From positions 1 through 20,526 of the forward strand of contig CBFHKU010000017.1 in NCBI GenBank assembly GCA_965656495.1: a stretch of 20,526 nt of DNA, in the 5' to 3' direction. The notes below the pieces were generated by a model. The model had not been told where the DNA came from and ran no database searches. It saw only the letters and a program-made list of their open reading frames with translations. The DNA is from Coraliomargaritaceae bacterium. Lineage in GTDB: Bacteria; Verrucomicrobiota; Verrucomicrobiia; Opitutales; Coraliomargaritaceae. Made by a program: the position numbers and the translations under genes. This document shows, piece after piece, positions 16,020 through 20,526 of this stretch (position 1 is the stretch's first letter; each line of letters begins with the position of its first letter).

Positions 16020-17165
16020 ATGCCCAAGAAAACACTGAATATCGGGATTGTTGGCTATGGATTCATGGGTCGCGCCCACTCGAATGCATACCGCCAGGTC
16101 AATCGTTTCTTCGACTGCGATTATCAACCGGTGCTCAAGGTTGCCTGCGGTCGCAATAAAGAGCGTGTCGAAGCTTTCGCAAAAAACTGGGGTTATGAAG
16201 AAACCACCCAGGATTGGCGTGAGCTGATCGAACGGATAGATATTGACGCGATCGACATTGCGGCTCCCAATCACATGCATAAAGAGATTGCGATTGCCGC
16301 AGCGGAGGCGGGCAAGATGATCCTCTGTGAAAAACCGCTGGGACGGAATTTGCAGGAAAGCCGTGAGATCGCGGAAGCGGCCGAGAAGGCAGGGGTTAGA
16401 ACGCTCGTCTGGTATAACTATCGGTTTGTCCCAGCCGTTACGATGGCCAAGCAATTGGTCGAGAAGGGCAAGCTCGGCAGAATCTACCACTACCGCGCCA
16501 ACTTTCTACAAGACTGGACCATCAGTGAAGACCTGCCTCAGGGCGGCGAGGCACTCTGGCGCTTGGATGTCGAATCCTCCGGCAGCGGCGTGACCGGTGA
16601 TCTGCTTGCGCATTGTATCGACACTGCAATGTGGTTGAATGGCCCCATTACTTCGGTGAGTGCAATGACCGAGACCTTCGTTAAAGAACGCGTGCACAAT
16701 GAAACCGGCGAAAAAAAGGCCGTAGGAATTGACGATGCCTGTGCTTTCCTCGCTCGCTTTGAAAATGGCTCTTTGGCGATCTTCGAATCGACCCGCTACG
16801 CCCGTGGCCACAAGGCGAAATATTCCTTCGAAATGAATGGTCGAGACGCCTCGCTTGCATGGGATCTGCATGACCTGCACCGCTTGGAATATTTCGACAA
16901 TGCGGATGGTGATCTTAAAGGCTGGCGCTCCATCCATGTCAGCGAAGGAGAGCACCCGTATATGGATAAGTGGTGGGTGCCCGGCCTGAGTATTGGTTAT
17001 GAGCATTCGTTTACGCACTGCATCTATGGCTTCCTCAAGAGCCTTGAAGACGGGCAAGCCAATTTCCACCCCGACTTCAGTGATGGCGTGAAAACCGATG
17101 CCATTTGTCAGGCCGTTCTGGAATCCGCGAAGTCCCAGCAATGGGTTGAACTTCAAAACCTATAA
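16020..17165 (+). CDS. Cytoplasmic Gfo/Idh/MocA oxidoreductase, levoglucosan dehydrogenase-like
   Basis: [16 protein letters not shown]ossmann motif, CEKP, FLQDW, GSG..GDL.AH.ID, HPY...W..PGL.IGYE; no signal peptide. Confidence 0.9.
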   Translation: MPKKTLNIGIVGYGFMGRAHSNAYRQVNRFFDCDYQPVLKVACGRNKERVEAFAKNWGYEETTQDWRELIERIDIDAIDIAAPNHMHKEIAIAAAEAGKMILCEKPLGRNLQESREIAEAAEKAGVRTLVWYNYRFVPAVTMAKQLVEKGKLGRIYHYRANFLQDWTISEDLPQGGEALWRLDVESSGSGVTGDLLAHCIDTAMWLNGPITSVSAMTETFVKERVHNETGEKKAVGIDDACAFLARFENGSLAIFESTRYARGHKAKYSFEMNGRDASLAWDLHDLHRLEYFDNADGDLKGWRSIHVSEGEHPYMDKWWVPGLSIGYEHSFTHCIYGFLKSLEDGQANFHPDFSDGVKTDAICQAVLESAKSQQWVELQNL

Positions 17166-17181
17166 GTAATCGCCTCAAAAT

Positions 17182-18387
17182 ATGACTACTTCCAGTAACA
17201 CCGTAAATCTCGCCCTTGACCAAGGGCAGGGCATTCTTCGCCTCGCGCCCACCTGGGTGCCACGTTCCTTTTGCATTCCCGGTCGTCGTATCAAACTGCA
17301 TCCGGATGATTACTATTGCTTCGGCGGCGAACGCGGCGGCATCGACGAACGTTGGTTTGCCTCGACCACGCCGGCGCAAAATGGTCCTTTGACCAGCAAA
17401 GACGAAGGCCTCAGTCAGGTTGTCTTCGAAGACCAACAGGTGACCCTGCTGGACGCGGTGGCAGAGCTTAAGGGGCAGGTCATTGGTGATCGTCTTTGGG
17501 ATGAATATGCAAGCTGGCCGATGTATTCAAAGTTCTTCGACAACAAGGGCCCGCTACCGCACCACATTCATCATCGCGATGAGCATGCCGCACTGGTGAA
17601 CCAGAATGGCAAACCGGAAGCGTATTACTTCCCACCGCAGGTGAACAACTACGGCGCAGACTTTCCCTATACCTTCTTTGGCTTTGAGCCGGGCACCACG
17701 AAAGAACAAGTGCTTGAGTGCCTGAAAAACTTCAACAAGGGCGATAATAAAATTACAAACCTATCCAAAGCTTATCGTCTCGAGCCCGGTACCGGATGGG
17801 ATGTGCCGCCCGGCATCCTGCATGCTCCCGGCAGCCTCTGCACCTACGAGCCACAGCGTGCATCAGACATCTTTGCCATGTATCAATCGTTGACGAACCA
17901 TCAGGTCATTCCCGAGGAACTCCTATGGGTCAACACACCTGAAGACCGAATAGGTGATCACAACTACCTGATGGAAGTGATCGATTGGGAAGCGAATGTG
18001 AACCCGAACTTCGTCGAGGATCACTTCATGGAGCCGAAGCCGCTGCACGCTGCTGAAGAAGCACAAGAGCTCGGCTACATTGACAAGTGGATCTGCTATC
18101 GTAACGAGGCCTACAGCGCTAAGGAATTGACTGTTTTGCCCGGACGCACCGTCACGATTAAGGATGCCGCCTGTTATGGCATGATCATGATGCAAGGGCA
18201 CGGCACCATGGGTGCCTGGGATATTGAAACACCCACCATGATTCGTTTCGGCCAGTTGACGCACGATGAGTATTTCATTTCCGAACAAGCCGCTCGCGAG
18301 GGTGTCCAAATCACCAATACTTCGAAAACCGATCCCATCGTCATGCTGAAGCACTTTGGACCCATGAACCCCGATTTGAAACTGTAA
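17182..18387 (+). CDS. Mannose-6-phosphate isomerase-like cupin protein of unknown substrate
   Basis: ERW near N-terminus, KFFD..PLPHHIH..D...GKPEAYY and VPPGILHA match type I PMI cupin motifs; 401 aa. Confidence 0.6.
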   Translation: MTTSSNTVNLALDQGQGILRLAPTWVPRSFCIPGRRIKLHPDDYYCFGGERGGIDERWFASTTPAQNGPLTSKDEGLSQVVFEDQQVTLLDAVAELKGQVIGDRLWDEYASWPMYSKFFDNKGPLPHHIHHRDEHAALVNQNGKPEAYYFPPQVNNYGADFPYTFFGFEPGTTKEQVLECLKNFNKGDNKITNLSKAYRLEPGTGWDVPPGILHAPGSLCTYEPQRASDIFAMYQSLTNHQVIPEELLWVNTPEDRIGDHNYLMEVIDWEANVNPNFVEDHFMEPKPLHAAEEAQELGYIDKWICYRNEAYSAKELTVLPGRTVTIKDAACYGMIMMQGHGTMGAWDIETPTMIRFGQLTHDEYFISEQAAREGVQITNTSKTDPIVMLKHFGPMNPDLKL

Positions 18388-18394
18388 GCACATT

Positions 18395-19687
18395 ATGAAA
18401 TTCCCCAAACAACCTCGACGCACTTTTATTAAGCAAGCCGCAGTGCTTGCGGGCATGCCAATGATTGTCCCCGGCTCGGCTCTCGGCCTCAACGGGGCGG
18501 TGGCTCCTTCAAACCGTATCGCTGTCGGGGGCATCGGCCTTGGCAACAGAGGCCGGGGAGTGCTTTCGGCCTTTTTTCATCATCCGGACTTTCAATTTCT
18601 TGCTATTGCCGATCCGCAAAAGGAACGGCGGGAAATCGTGCAGCGACTGGCCATGCGTAAATATGGAGTCAAGCAGTGCGACACCTACGTCGACATGCAC
18701 GACCTGCTAGGCAGGGATGACATCGACGCTGTCATCATTGCCACGGGCGACCGTTGGCACACCACCGCATCGGTTTATGCGGCTCGCGCTGGGAAAGACA
18801 TCTATTGCGAAAAACCCTGCTCAATGAACATTCAGGAGAGCCGCGAACTGGATGAAGCCGTGCTCAAGCACAAGCGCGTCTTCCAAGCGGGCACTCAGCG
18901 TCGCAGTGTGCAGAATTTCGCACTCGCAGCCGAACTCGCACGTAGCGGCAAGCTTGGGAAGCTGAAGTCGGTTCACGCTGGCATTCTCCAGCTGAGCGAC
19001 TACGCGGCACCACTTCCGGAAGAGCCATTGCCTGATCCAGAACGCATTGATTGGGATAAGTGGGTGGGGCCCGCCCCGATGGTTCCGTATAACTCAAACT
19101 ATTGCCGTAGCCGATGGAAAGGTCACAAAGGATTTTATGCTGCCTACCGTTTGCCTGAGTGGGGCAGCCATACCGTCGACCTTTGCCAGTGGGCTGCCGA
19201 CGCCGACGGCACGACTCCGCTCGAATTTGAAACGGAGGGGAACACCATTACCGGGACCTATGCAAACGGCATTAAGCTAATCATGCGTATATCCGGAAAA
19301 GCTGATGTTGGTGACTGGTCCCCTGGGCTTGGATCGTGCCCCGTTCGTTTCGAAGGCGATCAGGGCTGGGTCGAAGCCGGAGACTTTAAGGTCATGGCTG
19401 TCAGCGATCCAAAGCTAATCGAAGGACGCAGCTACGACAGGCTCGCCGGCACGAATCCCGTCGACCACGCCCGCAACTTCCTCGACTGCGTCAAGACGCG
19501 CGAGCAGCCCGTCTGCAACTCAACGGTCGCGCGTTATGGCCACATGGCTTGCTTCGCAGCCGCAACCAGTTGGAAGCTCGGCCGCAAGGTGACCTTTGAT
19601 CCAGTGAGCGAGACGTTCCCAAATGATAAAGAAGCCGAAACGGTCGGCACGTTCAGTTACGAACGTCGCGCACCGTATACCATATAA
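18395..19687 (+). CDS. Tat-exported Gfo/Idh/MocA oxidoreductase
   Basis: RRTFIK Tat motif; GIGLGNRG, DAVIIATGDRWH, YCEKP, QAGTQRRS, DWDKWVGPAP, WGSH.VD. Confidence 0.92.
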   Translation: MKFPKQPRRTFIKQAAVLAGMPMIVPGSALGLNGAVAPSNRIAVGGIGLGNRGRGVLSAFFHHPDFQFLAIADPQKERREIVQRLAMRKYGVKQCDTYVDMHDLLGRDDIDAVIIATGDRWHTTASVYAARAGKDIYCEKPCSMNIQESRELDEAVLKHKRVFQAGTQRRSVQNFALAAELARSGKLGKLKSVHAGILQLSDYAAPLPEEPLPDPERIDWDKWVGPAPMVPYNSNYCRSRWKGHKGFYAAYRLPEWGSHTVDLCQWAADADGTTPLEFETEGNTITGTYANGIKLIMRISGKADVGDWSPGLGSCPVRFEGDQGWVEAGDFKVMAVSDPKLIEGRSYDRLAGTNPVDHARNFLDCVKTREQPVCNSTVARYGHMACFAAATSWKLGRKVTFDPVSETFPNDKEAETVGTFSYERRAPYTI

Positions 19688-19714
19688 TTAAATTTTCTAA
19701 CTCCTCTCTAAAGA

Positions 19715-20296
19715 ATGAAACGATACAGCATTACACTTTTCCTCGCACTCTTCGCCGCATCCACGCTCTTCGCCAACGAGTGGACGCCATTGTTTAACGG
19801 CAAAGACCTCACCGGATGGACTCTCAGTGGTGATGCCAATGCCAAGATTGTCGACGGTGTGCTTACAGGCACCCAGAAGACTGAAAAAGGCGGTAACATT
19901 ATCTCTAACACCGAATACAATAACTTTGAACTGCGTTTCAGGTACAAGGTCGATTGGCCCGCCAACAGCGGCGTCTGGTTCCGCTTTAATGGTAAAAAGG
20001 GCTATCAATTCGACATCCTAAAGCACCCAAAGTCACTCAGTGGCGGACTCTATTGCCCCGGGAAACTATTTATCACCGCGAATATGGACGATTCGCTCGA
20101 AAAGCGTGATGACTGGAACGAAGGCCGTGTCCTCGCCGACGGTTCCACCATAAAGCTTTGGCTCAACGGTCAATTGGTCGGTGAGACAGAAGACACAACA
20201 CACACCAAAGGTAGCATCGCCATCCAGGTTCACGGTGGTAAACAGTATAAAGATATGGCTATCCATATCAAAAGCATTGAGATCCGCCCGCTCTAA
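19715..20296 (+). CDS. Secreted DUF1080 (3-keto-disaccharide hydrolase / 3-ketoglycoside lyase-hydratase family) protein
   Basis: Signal peptide; W..LFNGKDLTGW, NFEL, NSG, WN, WLNG, G.IAIQVH, I.IRPL. Confidence 0.9.
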   Translation: MKRYSITLFLALFAASTLFANEWTPLFNGKDLTGWTLSGDANAKIVDGVLTGTQKTEKGGNIISNTEYNNFELRFRYKVDWPANSGVWFRFNGKKGYQFDILKHPKSLSGGLYCPGKLFITANMDDSLEKRDDWNEGRVLADGSTIKLWLNGQLVGETEDTTHTKGSIAIQVHGGKQYKDMAIHIKSIEIRPL

Positions 20297-20412
20297 CACG
20301 GCGACTCGGCACAATTTCGTCGAATGACATTATTTTAGTCTATCAAAGCACCTACTTTCGCTCTCGTGGTGGCCAATCGACCAAAGCTATTGTAATTCTG
20401 TAAGAGCACATT

Positions 20413-20463
20413 GTGAAATTCCCGAAACAAGCCCGACGCACTTTTATCAATTGGTCGAGGTGA
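20413..20463 (+). pseudogene. Truncated 5' remnant of a paralog of the Tat oxidoreductase (MKFPKQARRTFINWSR*)
   Basis: 20405-20450 matches 18387-18432 at 41/46 nt, including the upstream leader and Tat motif; clear similarity ends at 20451. Confidence 0.8.
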
Positions 20464-20465
20464 CT

Positions 20466-20526
20466 TAAACTGGTCCACTTGAAAAGTTAGTCTGGAACCC
20501 TAGAAAGGAACCAGACAATGAAAGGC
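20466..20526 (+). mobile_element. Probable left end of an IS3-family insertion sequence (transposase start MKG... at 20518, runs off window)
   Basis: TAAACTGGTCCAC..AAAAGTTAG resembles IS3-type terminal repeats from memory; AAAGGA RBS and ATG about 52 nt inside; RBS lies within a GTCTGG/CCAGAC stem. Only 61 nt visible. Confidence 0.45.

Noticed and set aside
459..18546. Long antisense ORFs (459-1370, 3856-4602, 8709-9314, 12559-13155, 16506-17156, 17923-18546 and others)
   Set aside because: Shadows of well-supported genes with biased codon usage; no recognisable motifs.

Overview
Bacterial carbohydrate-utilisation region. The sulfatase density, signal peptides, SHD1-like repeats and PAS-AraC regulator suggest a marine PVC-superphylum organism (Verrucomicrobiota/Kiritimatiellota/Planctomycetota); this taxonomy is inference. 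Left block (162-13665, all +): six S1 formylglycine-type sulfatases (four intact, one tandem paralog split by a single-base frameshift, one 3'-truncated), a Tat-exported GH116-like glycosidase with an inserted CBM38-like domain, a signal-peptide-bearing RbsD/FucU-like protein, and an uncharacterised secreted protein with two C-terminal SHD1-like repeats. Right block (14028-20296): a TIM-barrel sugar isomerase/epimerase divergent from a PAS-AraC regulator, followed by two Gfo/Idh/MocA oxidoreductases, a PMI-like cupin and a DUF1080 protein, resembling a 3-keto-glycoside oxidation/elimination/hydration locus. The far right holds a truncated copy of a gene start, a 14-nt match to a tRNA-Pro 3' end and a probable IS3-like left end. 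No CRISPR array, rRNA or complete tRNA seen. All family calls come from motif recognition, not database searches.
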